From NCBI RefSeq assembly GCF_009914755.1, contig NC_060937.1: 64,000 nucleotides of DNA; one strand, written 5' to 3'. Position 1 is the stretch's first letter. Every line of letters begins with the position of its first letter. Both the position numbers and the translations under genes were made by a program. This document shows, piece by piece, positions 1-14,419 of the stretch. The stretch is from the human T2T-CHM13v2.0 reference genome, Homo sapiens. The notes beneath the pieces were generated by a model. It worked only from the letters and a program-made list of their open reading frames with translations. It had not been told where the DNA came from and ran no database searches.

Positions 1-283
1 TGTCACAAGGACAAAAAACCAAACACCGCATGTTCTCACTCATAGGTGGGAATTGAACAATGAGAACACTTGGACACAGGAAGGGGAACATCACACACTG
101 GGGCCTGTCATGGGGTGAGGGGAGTGGGGAGGGATAGAATTAGCAGATATGCCTAACGTAAATGACGAGTTAATGGGTGCAGCACAGCAACATGGCACAT
201 GTATACATAAGAAACAAAACTGCACGTTGTGCACACGTACCCTAGAACTTAAAGTATAACAATAATAATTAAAAAAAAAAGAA
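1..283 (+). mobile_element. L1PA (L1PA4/5-like) 3' UTR and poly(A); element continues left of the window
   Basis: Classic primate L1 3' end: catgttctcactcataggtgggaattgaacaatgagaacacttggacacagg, G-rich tract, ccctagaacttaaagtataa, then A tail. Confidence 0.95.
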
Positions 284-829
284 GAGTAGCTTTAACCTTT
301 CCATGACAAACTTCAGGGAAAAGAATCATTATACAAAGTTTTGTTTGTAGAATTAGAAGGCATTTAGGTGTTTGCTGTTAATAAAAGTACTTTCTACCAT
401 GGAATGATTGTAGCCAAACTTTCTTCTCTAATTTCAGTATGTTTTTAGTTTTACATTTTTAAAAAATATACCAGCATTATTTAAAAAATACTTCTTTTTA
501 TTCTTAAAAGTTGGGGGCATATCTTTATGTACTCTTTGTAATTATAATATAGATTGGATGTCTTACTCTTTTTTCTGTTTAAAGAATTTTGATGGCTTAT
601 GAAACTTTTGAGTTAACTTTTGCCTTTATGTTATATTTATTGTAGTTTCATTTTTCATCTCACTGATTTAAGATCTCACCTATATTACATACCTTGGGTT
701 TATTCAGTCTTATCTTTCTAATTTTTAAGCTAAAGGTTTATTTTAGGTCAGAATAGTAAAATTAATATTTAGAATATGGGAGGTTTATTTTCTTATATAT
801 GTAATATTCTATATTTAATTTTAATTTTA

Positions 830-2105
830 CCAAAATCTTACACAACATAGAGGTAGGATAGACTCAACTCTAGCCTCCTTATAGCTATCTTGTCTCAGCT
901 ATAGGACGGGCAAAGAAACACTTGTGAAAGTTACACCCAGGCACGTGAGACCACTAAAAGTCTGAGATTTAATCATAAGAAAATAGAATGCTGCTCACTC
1001 CCACACCTATCCTATCAATAGGGCTCTAGTATTGTAACAGAGGACTACAGTTGAAAGTATTGCAAGGTGCAATGTGTAATTAAGAAAGTATTACTAAACA
1101 ATTATAAACACAAAAGTCAATAAAAACAAGAATATCAGGGCTGAAACCTCTGTACCTATAGCCACAGAAAAAAATTAAACACAGCCTAACTCCTAGCAGA
1201 TTAACATAATATCTGACATTAAAAATGCATTTCTTCAGTTTCTATTACATAACAGTGGTTACCAACAGAAAATTATAAGTTATGAAAAAAGCAAGAAAAA
1301 CATAGTTCAAAGATACAAAACAAACATCAGAAACAGACTGAGATGTGATACAGATTTTGGAATTATTAGACAAAGAATTTAAAGTAATATAATGAATCAG
1401 TGGAAGACCTTAATAAAAAATGTAGGCAACATTATAAGAACAGATGGTTAATGAAAAAGAGACACTGAAACTCGAAGAAGCACAATAAATTGGTAGAAAT
1501 TTTTCAAAAAAACTACAACAAAAATAAAAAAATGTCTTTGATGAACTCTTCAGTAAGATAGATATGGTCAAAGAAAGTATAATACATTTGAAATCTGCCA
1601 ATAGAATCTTCTCATACTAAAACGAAAATAGAAAAAATAATTTAAAACACACAACAGAATCCTGAAGAAATTTGGGTCAATTTCCAAAGATGTAACACAC
1701 AATTAATCACAATTAATTGGAATACCAGAAGGAGGAGAGAGAGAGAGAGAACTAGAGGCAGAGAAAATATTTGTATTTTGTAAATATGGCATAATATTTG
1801 TCATTATTAATGACAGACCAACAACCATAGATCCAGGAAATTTAGTGGACACCAAGCATGATACGTACCAAAACATCTAAAATAATCCAGAAAGGAAAAA
1901 AGAAGTATAAAAGAAAAGTAATGATCATTGCATCTGACTTCTCATCAGAAACCATGTAAGCAAGAAGAAAGTGGAGTCAAATAATTGTGTTAAAGAAACA
2001 AAAAAAAAAACCCACCAATATCAAATTCTACATCTCATTACATTATTCGTCAATAGTGAAGGAAAAATAAAAACTTCCTCAGACAAACAAAAACCAAAGG
2101 AATTT
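830..2105 (+). mobile_element. Old L1M 5' region/ORF1 remnant
   Basis: A-rich degenerate ORF1-like sequence (gatccaggaaatttagtggacaccaagc, gacttctcatcagaaaccatgtaagcaagaaga, ttcctcagacaaacaaaaacc). Confidence 0.7.
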
Positions 2106-2109
2106 TTAT

Positions 2110-3149
2110 TGTGTCCTGCCATGACAGAGGGAGAGCTCTGGATCTCTTCCTTTTCTTTCTTTCTTTTTTTTCTATTAACTTTTATTTTAAGTTCAAAGCT
2201 ATTAGTGCAGGTTTGTTACATAAATAAAACTTGTGTCATGGGGGTTGTTTGTACAGATTATTTTATCAGCCAGGCTTTAAGCCTAGTACTGATTAATTAT
2301 TTTTTCCTGATCCTCTCCCTCTTCCCACCTTCTGCCTCCCAAAAGGCCCCAGTGCATGTTGTTCCCCTCTATGTGTTTATGTGTTCTCATCATTTAGCTC
2401 CCACTTATAAGTGAGAACATGCAGTATTTGGTTCTCTGTTACTGTATTAGTTTGCTAAGGATAATGGCCTCAAGCTTCATCCATGTCCCTGCAAAAGACA
2501 TGATCTTGTTTTTACATAGCTACATAGTATTCGATATATATTTATGTACCACATTATCTTTATTCTATCCATCATTGATGGACATTAAGGTTGATTCCAT
2601 GTCTTTGCTATTGTAAATAATGCTGCAATGAACATACCTGTGCATTTGTCTTTATAATAGAATGACTTATATTCCTAAGGGTATATACTCAGTAATGAGG
2701 TTGTTGGGTTGAATGATATCTGTCTTTTGAGGAATCATCCTACACTGTCTCCCACAATGGCTGAACTGATTTACACTCCCACCAACAGTGTATAACCATT
2801 CCTTTTTCTCCACAACCTCGCCAGAGTTTGATTTTTTTAATAGGGTCATTCCACTTGGTGTTAGATGGTATCTCATTGTGGTTTTGATTTGCATTACGCT
2901 AATGATAGGTGAGGTTGAGTTTTTTTTCCATATGATTGTTGGCCATCTGTATGCCTTCTTTTGAAAGGTGTTATGTTCATGTCCTCTTCTTATAAGGACA
3001 TCACCAGCTTTATCATATTAGGACCCTTTCTTTATGACTTCATTTAACCTTTATCACCTCCTCACAGATGTGATCTCTAAATAGAGACACATTGGGGGTC
3101 AGCACTTAAACATATGAGTTTTCAGGATCAGAATAATCAGTTCATAACA
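2110..3149 (-). mobile_element. MLT1 (MaLR) LTR fragment split by an L1PA13 insertion (pieces ~2110-2150 and ~2982-3149)
   Basis: tgtcctgccatgacagagggagagctctggatctcttcc resumes after the L1 as tcttcttataaggaca...ttcatttaacctttatcacctcc...tcagttcataaca. Confidence 0.7.
2151..2981 (-). mobile_element. 5'-truncated L1PA13-like element
   Basis: T-rich tail, then gtgcaggtttgttacat...gtgtcatgggggttgtttgtacagattatttt; antisense ORF2 C-terminus MQIKTTMRYHLTP in ORF 2667..2894. Confidence 0.9.
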
Positions 3150-3199
3150 AATGTGAATTCAATAATGTAAAAAGTAGTATTATATGTCATGTTCAGTTG

Positions 3200-3935
3200 T
3201 GATTTTTTTTCAGATATTCAAGGTTCCTTCACCATTTGAAGAGCAATTGTTCGAATCTATCATATCAATAGGACATAGAAAAATAATCAGAAGAATATAT
3301 CAAGTGATACAAAAACACTGACAAAAATCAAATATTCAAGATAAAAATATCACTTCAAGACAGAATAATAGCAATGAAAATTAAAGCAGAAATATATTAA
3401 GTGGAAACATAAAATCAACAGGGATAATCAATTAAACTAAAGTTGGTTCTTTGAAAGATCAACAAAATTGATAAGCCTCTAACCAGGCTAACTAAGGAAA
3501 AAAGAAAGACACAAGTTACTAACATCAGATATAAAAGAGGGGATATCACTACATATCAAAAGGATAATAAAAGAATAGTAAGGGAATATTATGAGCGACT
3601 CTATGTCCCTAACTTGGATGAAATGGACACATTTCTTAAAAGACACAATATTCCAAAACACACACAAGAAGAAATAAACAACCTGAATAGGCCTATACCT
3701 AATAAAGAAATTGAGTCAAAAAATGACTATTGGCAGTTGTGCTCCTAGGTATTTACACAATTGCTTTGAAAACACACATCCACAGAAAAACCTACACTTG
3801 ATAATTTATATCAGCTTTATTCCTAAACCCCTAAAATTTGAAGCAATGGAGTGTCCTCTAATCGGTGAATAAAAAAGCAAAGTGCAGTACATCTATACAA
3901 TTGGTGTTATTTAGTGATAAAGCAGAAATGAGATG
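3200..3935 (+). mobile_element. Old L1M ORF2 and L1MC/MD 3' fragments
   Basis: ttggttctttgaaagatcaacaaaattgataagcctcta; ctgaataggcctatacctaataaagaaattgag; gtgctcctaggtatttac. Confidence 0.75.
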
Positions 3936-3974
3936 TTCAGTGAGGAACATGTAGAAATCCTTATAATTTTGCAA

Positions 3975-4343
3975 GCCAAAATCAAGATGTCTGTAGTCCT
4001 GTGCTCTCACCAGTTTCTCTAGAGGGACAATTCATTCCTTTCTTCCTCCTACTGAGGGTGTCCACATTTCTTAGTTTGTGGCCACATCACTCCAGTTCAA
4101 GGTCAACATCTTCAAATTTCTGTACCCTCCATTTTCATATCACCTCTTTGGTGTGTTATCACATCGCACTCTGTCTGCCTCCTGTAAGGATACATGTAAT
4201 TGCATTTAACCCCCACCATGATAACTCTGAGTAACCTCCTGATCTCAAAATCCTTAATTTAAAAACATCCTCAGTCTTTGCCACATAGGTAATAGTTACC
4301 TATTAAGACTTTATCTCTTTGGGGACATTATTAAGACTACTAC
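3975..4343 (-). mobile_element. MLT1E-like MaLR LTR (partial)
   Basis: aatcaagatgtctg...ccacatttcttagtttgtggccacatcactcc...ctcaaaatccttaattt...ggggacattattaagactactaca. Confidence 0.75.
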
Positions 4344-4413
4344 AGTCTACTATTATTTAGCTATAATTTTGGTATGTGACATTATATAATTGTAAACACC
4401 CACATAGGACTAA

Positions 4414-4514
4414 ATCATATATATATATGATATATATATGACATGTATCTGATAAATATATATGACATATATATCTGATAAATATGTATATGACATATAT
4501 ATATATATATCAGA
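4414..4514. repeat. (AT)n-based compound tandem repeat with gacat..tatctgataaat units
   Basis: Directly visible TA runs with two copies of tatctgataaatat and three of atgacat. Confidence 0.85.
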
Positions 4515-4549
4515 CTGTTCTTAGAGAACCTAATTCTATTACAAATATA

Positions 4550-4795
4550 GGAATAAACCTTACTGAAAAGGGTGGTAGGAAAATGTGTTGACCTAATTTC
4601 CTTTGGAAATGAGTGGGATTTGTAAAATTAAATAACAAAGGAACTACAGATAATGTTTGTCACACAAATGTACTATCTTAATGTAAAGTGTTTGTAACAG
4701 TGGCAACTGGGTGCAGATTATATGGAAACTTTGTAATATATCCTCAATTTTTATGTAAATCTCAAATTGTTTTAAACCTAATGTCTTTAAAAAGC
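4550..4795 (+). mobile_element. L1MC3-like 3' region
   Basis: aaccttactgaaaagggtggtaggaaaatgtgttgacctaatttcctttggaaatgagtggg resembles the L1MC3 3' UTR. Confidence 0.65.
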
Positions 4796-4799
4796 TGTC

Positions 4800-5700
4800 A
4801 ACTGCCATCAGTTAACTGCAGAATACACCATGTTTTAAAATGTACCTGACATATATGTAACAAAAATTTAGCATATTCTTGCCCATAAAACAAGTTTCAA
4901 CAAGTTTGAAATGACTCAACTCATATTTGCCACTGAAAAATTATTTTGGAACTATATGAAAAAAATAAAATTAGAAAGTCTCCAAAGGTTTCAAAATTAA
5001 GACACGAATTGCTAAAAACTCATTGGCCAAAAATAACATCACAATAGGGTAACAAAATATCGTGAGTTAAAGATTAATAATAATTCAACATATAAAACAT
5101 GGAATCAGTTAACACATTTTTAAAAAGAAAATTTACAGTTTAAAGAAGAAAGCCAAATCAATTACCCTAGTTTTTAAATCAAGAAGGCAAAAAAGAAAAG
5201 CAAATGTAACCTAAAATATTTTTTGTGGAGAAAAATATTATCATATATGCAAAAAGGAAAAATATAGAAAAATCTACATATTTACATACTATTAGAATAT
5301 TTGAATGCATAATCCAACACCTCACAACCAGATAAAATAAGGCCCAGAGGGCTTCACTGGTATATTATTTCAAACTCTTGAAGAAAATGTAATTCCTATA
5401 TTATAAGCATGTCTTTCAAAAAATAGAAAATAGATACTCTCAACTCTTTTAATAACACCACAATAATATTCATATCAAAACCTATCTTGATAGTACTAGA
5501 CAGGCTGACTTTTTCCTAGGGCAAAAATGCAAAGAATCCTAAGTAAAATTTTAAGAAACCGTGGGATTATTTTATGAATTTAAGGTTGATATAACATTGA
5601 AAAAAATGCATTTAATCATGATACAAAATAAAGGAGAGAAAACTTTTAATAATATGCAACACCTGTCCCTGATAAAAACTCTCTGCCATCTGATGCATTA
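4800..5700 (+). mobile_element. Very old L1M(E) ORF2 fragments
   Basis: aactgcagaatacacc, gcccataaaacaagtttcaacaagtttgaaa, ggcccagagggcttcactggt, ccctgataaaaactctc. Confidence 0.65.
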
Positions 5701-6246
5701 ACTTGAGGCAATAGTCCTATGTGTTATATTAAAGGATTTGTGTGGCAAGCAAATAGCCTCACAGTCTCTCAGCATTTTTTTTGTTGTTGTTAACCAATTT
5801 TTATACGTCTTGAATAAAAATTTCTTTACTTGCTTTTCAATCCTGGGACTATTATTTCAAGAATTTTCAGAAGGCTGTGTTTTTGTTTGCATGTTTATTT
5901 GTTTATTGTTTTTGTCAGTATCCCTGGGATCACTAGGAGTGATTACCAGTATCACTGGCAGTGGGTCAGTGGAGCTCTTCCCCCTAAAGTCAGAATTCAA
6001 TCTTCTAGTAATTCTTGCATGGGCTTCTAAGATGCTGCTTTGGGAACATAGAAGGAGGGGATTTCACAGTTATAACTATAAATTTGATTAATAAAGTTAA
6101 AATATATAAAATCATAAACATCTTGAAAAAAATAAATGTTGATCTTACTGATAACCAGGAAGAGATAGGAAGAGAAAGTCATATTATAGATAAAGCCATC
6201 ACAGTGGCATGGAGCTCTAGATTTGACTTCATAAAAGCTAAACAAT

Positions 6247-6674
<428 letters not shown>

Positions 6675-7509
6675 TTAAAAAAAAAAAAAAACTATATTTA
6701 ATTTGCCACTTAAAAAGTGGATAAACTGCTTGATCAGAATATCTAATTAAGAAACACAAAAGACTAAAAATTATATGAGGACATTCTTGACTTTCATGTA
6801 ATTGATGGGTACACAGGGAAGGTGACATCTCTTTACACATGTTGTGTACTAACATGTTGTGTTAGTACTTTACACATGTTGTGTCTAACATAGGCTGTAT
6901 TAACATTTGTCCCATGTTTTGCATTTATCACAGTTATTTATATTGGAACCAACCAGAGACCAATGCCTTTCTGAGAAATGATTGAAGGAGACCCCTTAAA
7001 TGAAAAGGCAAATGGCTATGTAGGGATATAAATAAAAATTATGGAGAAAAAAAAGCAAGAGTATGATGGCAAGAAATATAACGATAAGGACCACTCTCTT
7101 TGTGGATACAGACATGTTTTCACAAGTTTCGTAAAACGCAAACAAAGCAGCCCAAATGCAGCTGAAAGTCATGGCAGACCCTAGGGAGTCCAAAGCCGGT
7201 CACAACTTTAATCCTGATGTGAAAGGAGTTACAACTAATCACCTAGTGATCAGCAGGAAAAGGCAGAAATTCGTATTTTAAAAACTACTTCATAGCGATC
7301 TGTAATGAGGGAAAGATCATAATTGTGTGGAGAGAAGAAAGAGGTCTTGTGAGTTTTTGCTTAAAGAACTTGAATTAAATTCAAATGCCAATTAACTCTC
7401 TTGAAAAATTTAATTATATGAAAGCTTTGAGAATGGTGTTATGTGCCAGACAGTTTTTTATAATATCTAAAAAAATTAAATATCTTAGTCACTATTAAAA
7501 TTACAGTTG

Positions 7510-7665
7510 GTTCATTGAGTGTCCACTATGTGTCAAGCTTTGCATATGCAAATATTTCTACACAATTTTTCTATGAGTCAAGTAATTTTATTATTGACAT
7601 ATAACAAAAGAGGTAATGAGAGATTAAATAATTTGTATAATATTCCACAGATACTTGTTAATAAA
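7510..7665 (-). mobile_element. Degenerate MIR
   Basis: cattgagtgtccactatgtgtcaagc...ctatgagtcaagtaattttattatt...gagagattaaataatttg follows the order of antisense MIR motifs. Confidence 0.5.
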
Positions 7666-7961
7666 TAAATCAAGTATAGAGATACATTTTTTGATCACGC
7701 ATTCTTAAACAATGAAGGAATACATTGTTTTTCAAAAAAAAATTAAGATGATATAATTGCTTTACCACATTATATATATGACATTTCAAATCAGTTTGAG
7801 ATAAAGATAGAATATACACCTGAGGAAAATAGCTGGGCTTTTAGGGAGCAAAAGAAAAGATAAAAACCTAGAACCTTTTTTCCAACTTATATCAGAATAA
7901 AATCCTGATGAATCTAGGTTAAGATGCCAACAAGAGTCTTAAAACTTTTTAAAAAGCATTT

Positions 7962-8020
7962 GATTGCCCCAATGCACTCCAGCCTGGGTGACAGAGCAAG
8001 TCTCTGTCTCAAAAAAAAAA
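7962..8020 (+). mobile_element. Severely 5'-truncated Alu (3' end and A tail)
   Basis: tgcactccagcctgggtgacagagcaagtctctgtctcaaaaaaaaaa. Confidence 0.9.
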
Positions 8021-8029
8021 GGCACAAAT

Positions 8030-8810
8030 AATTTCACTTATATTCTTGATGTGGGTCAAATATTTCTAATTATAGCACAATATTCAAATACCATTAAGGT
8101 GGGATATTTAACAAAATTAAAATAGATATATTTCTAATAAATATAAAGGAAACCCAAATAAAAACAAAAAAGTATATGCCTATAGAAAAATAACGAATGG
8201 ATCATAGTGCAAAAAATACTGTGTATAGTATATGAACAAATAGCTATAAAAAGGCACATATATGGTGATTAAATACATGAAGATTGCTTCAACATTACTC
8301 ATACATAAAAATACTACAATAAAAATAAATTTTAAAAAATGTTTATTTTTATATGAGTTAGGTGATAAACAAGATTTGAAAATATTCAATGTCATGTGTA
8401 AATGTACCCTTACATATGATAGCAGTGTATGAATAAGTAGTTGTAATCTATTTGGTATGAACTTAATAACTTCCAAAATAAAAATAACAAATTTTTGTTA
8501 TTTTGTTATTTTATGAACAACTTTATATAGTCTTTATATTGATTGGAAGCATACTAAAAACCTGCAAAAATTTATTGCAGCATTTTTTGCATGTTAAAAA
8601 TGACAAACAGCCTAAGTAATTTTTAAGAAGAAATGAAATGAATAGAGTATGTTTCATAAATAAAATGGTATTGAAAAAGACAGGTAGATCTGCCTGGAGG
8701 ATGTGAAAAATTTGTGGTCTCAAATACTAAGCTACAAGAAATGTGGAGTAAAGAGGGTAGAACACTTATGGTTGGGGTATTTTCTAGAAGATTACAGAAG
8801 AAACTTAAAT
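8030..8810 (+). mobile_element. L1ME-like 3' fragments
   Basis: aaatacatgaagattgcttcaacattactc, aatttattgcagcattttttg, aaatgacaaacagcctaagt. Confidence 0.55.
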
Positions 8811-8819
8811 ACACACACA

Positions 8820-8852
<33 letters not shown>
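8811..8852. repeat. (CA)n microsatellite
   Basis: About 20 AC units with one interruption. Confidence 0.98.
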
Positions 8853-8855
<3 letters not shown>

Positions 8856-9220
8856 TTCCCTTTCTCTCTCTTTCTGTCTCTCCATCATGGTCTTGAGATG
8901 TCAGACAAGAGTAGCAATAAAGAGACAATTACATTTATTTTTAAACCTTGGTAATATTTACATTTTAGTCATTATATACCCTCTGTTAAATACTTAGATG
9001 TAGAAAAATGTATTATCACCAAACAGCATGTAAACAGCTTTCTTACAGAAATTCTAAAGATATTTTTAAGTCTTTTTATCTATCTAATCTATCACCTACC
9101 TCACCTATTTCTTTTACCTTCCTGCCTACCTATTTGAATGAAGAAGTGACAATTTTAAAAATAAGTTACAAACTATAAACTAAAAATTTACATCCTATAA
9201 TTTATTTAAAAATTTATTTG

Positions 9221-9528
<308 letters not shown>

Positions 9529-11126
9529 TTACTTGTTTTCTGTTTTTATAATATAGCTATTTTAAATAATTTTTCAAGACATTTAAATATATATTACATG
9601 TTGAAGTAAAATATTTTTATAATCACCAATTTCATTAATTTTAATAGGTTTTATTAATTCCCAAATTTAAGTTGATAAACTATCAAATTCATGGCAATCT
9701 CTAGGCTAACATGTTGAATTTGTTAAAATTTAATGAATACTAGAACTGAAAATCTAAATCAGCATTATGCCTGTGTACAATACAACAAAAACATTGAGAA
9801 CCATTGCTTTCTTCACCTGGTTTCATTATACTTAAAAAAATCTCTGCTTAACTACTCTTTGTTTTGTTATCACTGTATAGTACAAGTTGTTTGTATATTT
9901 TCATAATGAGAATGACAAAATAAATTTACAATGTGTTATTTCACATTAAAGAATGTGTTTAAATCTTTTAATTAAAAAGTTAATTAAATCCCTGAGAACC
10001 GCCTTTGTTATATGCAAAGCTGTTCATAATGCTTATTCTGTGTCATATGTTAAAAAAAAAGTTTTGAATTCCCACTAAGGTTTGCATTTTTTTAAGTATT
10101 TGATATGATAAGTATCAGAAAGAATTGGAATTTGCTTTAAAAATATCTGGTAATGGTAACATTGCTGTTTCTATAAATTTAACTTAAAATTAGTAGAAAA
10201 AATAGAAAACACATTTTTTGTTGTGTAACTTCTGTTTTTTTAAATGCATTACTTAAAGTTGTAAATACTTTTGAACAAATGCCTCGAATTTAAATTAAAT
10301 TTAATATTTCATATTAAATATTGTTAATATAAAATAAAACAATGCCTGTACTTTGCTAAAGAAGGCTTGTAAAATATAATAAATACCTCATTTATACATA
10401 TTTACAGAGACAGTTTTATATCACGCCAGATGATACGATTTATTGCAAATTTTTAATACTCTCTTGTAACTCTGGGATTGAAATTGTTTAATAAATGTTT
10501 CAATAAAGGACTTGCTCATTATCGCTGTTCACTGTCATTTAACCCTCTCTTATTGTGTTTGAAACCAGTGATAGCATCACACTGGTAGCGTAGATCCACT
10601 AGTTCTTTCTGTCACCAGGGAAGATTTAGCAATATTAATTCACTTTAACAGTACAATTATTTTTCTATTGGCCTTTGGATGATGCAAAAGAAATACAGAA
10701 TTGATAAGGGAATGATATAAGAATTGAATAAGCATTTTCCTGCATACTTGCTGCTTGGATTCTAGAGGAATCAGCTTTTATAATTCTTCAAGTAATCTGA
10801 TTTTTAAAATTTTCTCTTTCATATTTGTTTAAAGACTGCTAAGTTTTTGACACACACAACCATTACCAGTCAATAGGCTCGAAGAATCTTTGCTCCTAGA
10901 ATTGCTTATTATGTGTGGCATCTGCCTCCCAAGTTATTACCATGTTGGTAATAACCATTTTACCATATTGCCAGTGCATAAAATTAAAAATCTGCCTTCT
11001 AGCTGAAGGAATTCATTGTTTTTTCTATCATCATCTGATGGTTAGGCCACTACAACACATTTTAAGTATTTCTTACAAAAACATATCATTAAAGATACCA
11101 CATAATGCTTAAAAAATATATATATA

Positions 11127-11186
11127 ATGTTGTCCAGACCAGTCTTGAACTCGAACTCCTCAAAACAAGTGATTCTCCTGCCTTGT
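11127..11186 (-). mobile_element. Short Alu/FLAM fragment
   Basis: atgttgtccagaccagtcttgaactc...caagtgattctcctgccttg. Confidence 0.5.
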
Positions 11187-13349
11187 GCAGCTTATATTAT
11201 GCATTTTTAAGAATGAAATACAGAATTTGGGGGCAAGCTTTCAGTGAATTACCACAGCTACCATTTGTTTTTTGTGTCTCTCTCACGTGCCACACATTTC
11301 AGCAGACTTTTTGTGGCAAACTAATTTCAAGGTGATGTGGAAGTATAGAAGAATAAATGCACATTCTATGAACAGTGTATATCTCTTCGTCTTGAAACTT
11401 CGTTTAAAATACACATGAAGGGGATAAAAGTAGTGAATATAAGGAAGCCATGAGAGATAATTTATTTGGAGATAATTGCTGGAGTGCTATAAAGTAGTGA
11501 AGTTTGACTAGCACTGCACCTGTGTGTCAAGAACTATGATTTTAAGCAAAAAATGCACAGTGCATGATAGGTGTCCGTAGTTTTGGAGGAACAGAGCAAT
11601 GGAATTGGATGCCAGAAAAAGAAAATGTTGAGAAACTTTTGTGACTGACCAAACTTTGTGAAATGGAGACAAATAAGCTTTCATGAAGAGTAAAATATGC
11701 TTTCCTTAAATGAGGGAGTACAGGACACAGAAGAGTTTCAAATGCACGACAGGTATCTGCTTTATGCTCCGTTTAAGTTACATTTTTCTAAGAAAATGTC
11801 CATTTATCCAAATTTTAAATTTGGATAAATTTGTTTATGTTTCTTTGTAATGTCTCTTATAGATGACTCAGCATTCATTCTCCTTTTCATTCCTAGCATT
11901 TGATAATTATCCATATGAAAAAAATTCAAATGGCAATTAAAACATATGTGTTGTGTGATTATTTCATTAATATGACTTGGGACATAGTTATATATATATA
12001 TAATATTTTTCAAAATGTCAGTTTTATGTCCCCTCTATGATTTAATGAACTGAATTAATTCAATGTATCTGTTTCTCCCAATTCTATCTGCAGAGTTTTT
12101 TTTTAGTAAATACTGAATTATTAAATGCAGTTCTTATGGCTCATGAGGATACATTTCATTTTCAACTTAATTAAAAACATAATTTTAAATCAATTTTAAT
12201 GTATATACTTGTGTATAACACTGGATAAATTATTGGACTAGTGCTATTTCATTGCTTTGATTTTAATTCCTTTAAAAAATCTATTTTCTGCTTAATTTTT
12301 ATTGAGACTGTTCAATAATGTGCATATAGCATTACTTTTGTTTGGTGCATTGTTATTTAGCTTGACTACCAATCGTTAGTTTTACATAACTATGTTTCAA
12401 CCTTAATCATTTATTTTAATAAATTATAAGTTTTCAGGCCTTCACATTTTTGAATGTGTCTTCTTGTTGGGCCATTTAATGGTAGAAAAGTGTTTTCACT
12501 CATCACATTTCATTTTACTCATAACCAGGTTCTTAAGACTGTGGCAGCACACTAGGCAGCATTAATAAAGCATGTCTTGGAGCACTGTATTTGTTTTCAC
12601 AGACTGAAATCAATTCACCTTGAAAGTACTGCTCATATAGGATGAACAACTGCAGATAAGAAGATCTATCCTACTAGCAATGAAAAAATAGCCTCAGAGA
12701 GTTATAAATTTAAAAGAAAATATGTTTGTTGGAATTCGGTGCCTCTATACATCTTAAACTGGCTTGGCTATTAGTATATTACATGGAGAGTAAGATTTTT
12801 CTTAGTGCCAATGAGGCAATCTGGCACTGCCAGACAATAGTCCAAGAGAAGAGAAGTTAAATCTCCCAGGTCCATCAGTATACATACACTGAAGGAAATA
12901 ACTTATGAAATTGTATACATAGGGATTACAATGCAGAAAAAGAGTTTTACGCTAGAAAAAAATGTGCACATAAGATTCAATAAAAATAATCTTTTCTAGA
13001 AGGGAATAAGTGTTCATGAGGTTTTCAGAGCAGTTAAGAATACTTATTATTCCTTTTAACAGTCTGAATAGAACCATTGAGAATATAACAACATATTTAT
13101 TAAGCACAGTCTTACAGTTTTTAGCTGGAATGTTACTGTTTAGACATGTACACATTGATCTTTCCTCCAGACTAATGTAATAATTTTCTTGATTCCTTTA
13201 CTAATCTTGAAAATTTCCTTAAAGGGAATACAATATTTTCTACAGATAATTTAAAAATACATTGAATGAACTTAATATTCAAAGTGGAATTCTACCTTCA
13301 GGTTCATTATTCATGAAATAAGCTTAATAATAACACCTTAGAAGTATAT

Positions 13350-13716
13350 TGTATTAGTCCATTTTTCACACTGCTATAAAGAACTGCCCAAGACTAGGTA
13401 ATTTATAAAGAAAATAGGTTTAATTGACTTACAGATTCGCATGGCTGGGGAGTCCTCAGGAAACTTACAATCATGGCAGAAGGCACCTCTTCACAGGGCA
13501 GCAGGAGAGAGAAAGAGTGCCAACAGGGGAAATGGCGGACTTTTATAAACCCATCAAATCTCATAAGAACTCACTCACTATCATGAGAACAGCACAGGGG
13601 AAACCGCCCCCAGGATCCAGTCACCTCCCACCAGGTCCCTCTCTTGAAACGTAGAGATTATGGGGATTACAATTCAGGATGAGATTTGTGTGGGCACACA
13701 CAGACAATTTGTATCA
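13350..13716 (-). mobile_element. THE1D-like solo LTR (MaLR)
   Basis: tgtattagtcc...ggcagaaggcacctcttcacagggcagcaggagagag...gtatca; TG..CA ends; 5-bp flanks tatat / taaat. Confidence 0.92.
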
Positions 13717-14419
13717 TAAATCAAATTTGAGATGAGAATTAAATTTCAAAAAAAATACTCTTCATTATGTTCCACAGGAATTAGCCATACAGCCATCTCA
13801 GTTACTACGTTTCTAACCAAGTCAAATGTAGTTCCCATTTCCCACTCCCTCACTCAGAGGGAGCAACACAGCTGTGTAAGCCAAATTCCTACTTTCAAAA
13901 GTGAGGTGAAAATTATAATATATGCTAATTGATATGAATACAAAAACATCTTGAAGAATTTATCATAGTATATCTTCTAAAATCATAATAAATGATTCAA
14001 AACACATTCTTAAGTATATGTTTTAAATACTTCTGATAGATACTGTTGAGCTACTGTCCTAAAAATTTACACAATCTTAGCAATATACTAGAATACATAA
14101 CCTTATAATTATTTTTCACATTATTTTATTAGGAATATTATCAAAAACCAAAGTGGAAATATTTTACAGTGAACATTTGGTAACAACCTAGAATCTATTA
14201 CTATTGTATTACTGCACTTGTTTTAGCCCATATGTATCTATTCTTCCTTTCACGTATCCATCAATGTAACTTAGTTTTCTGCATTTAAAAGTAAATCACA
14301 TATATATTTTCACTAAATACTTCATTCTGCATATAATTCACTAAAACTCAAGTTTTTGTTTCCATTGCATTATCTGCATGCAATTAAATGTACTGTACTT
14401 TGACTAATGCATACACTTT

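Noticed and set aside
1971-2414. Longest ORF (147 aa) as a gene
   Set aside because: It crosses an L1M, MLT1 and antisense L1PA13 junction, has a non-ATG start and has low-complexity composition
8623-8954. ORFs with VC/HT dipeptide runs (also ER runs at 37416.. and 56980..)
   Set aside because: Translations of CA and GA microsatellites
10564-10587. Small inverted repeat accagtg...cactggt
   Set aside because: Only 7-9 bp with a bulge; expected by chance
12585-12720. Possible exon after tgtatttgttttcacag
   Set aside because: Acceptor-like motif only; no convincing donor or open frame
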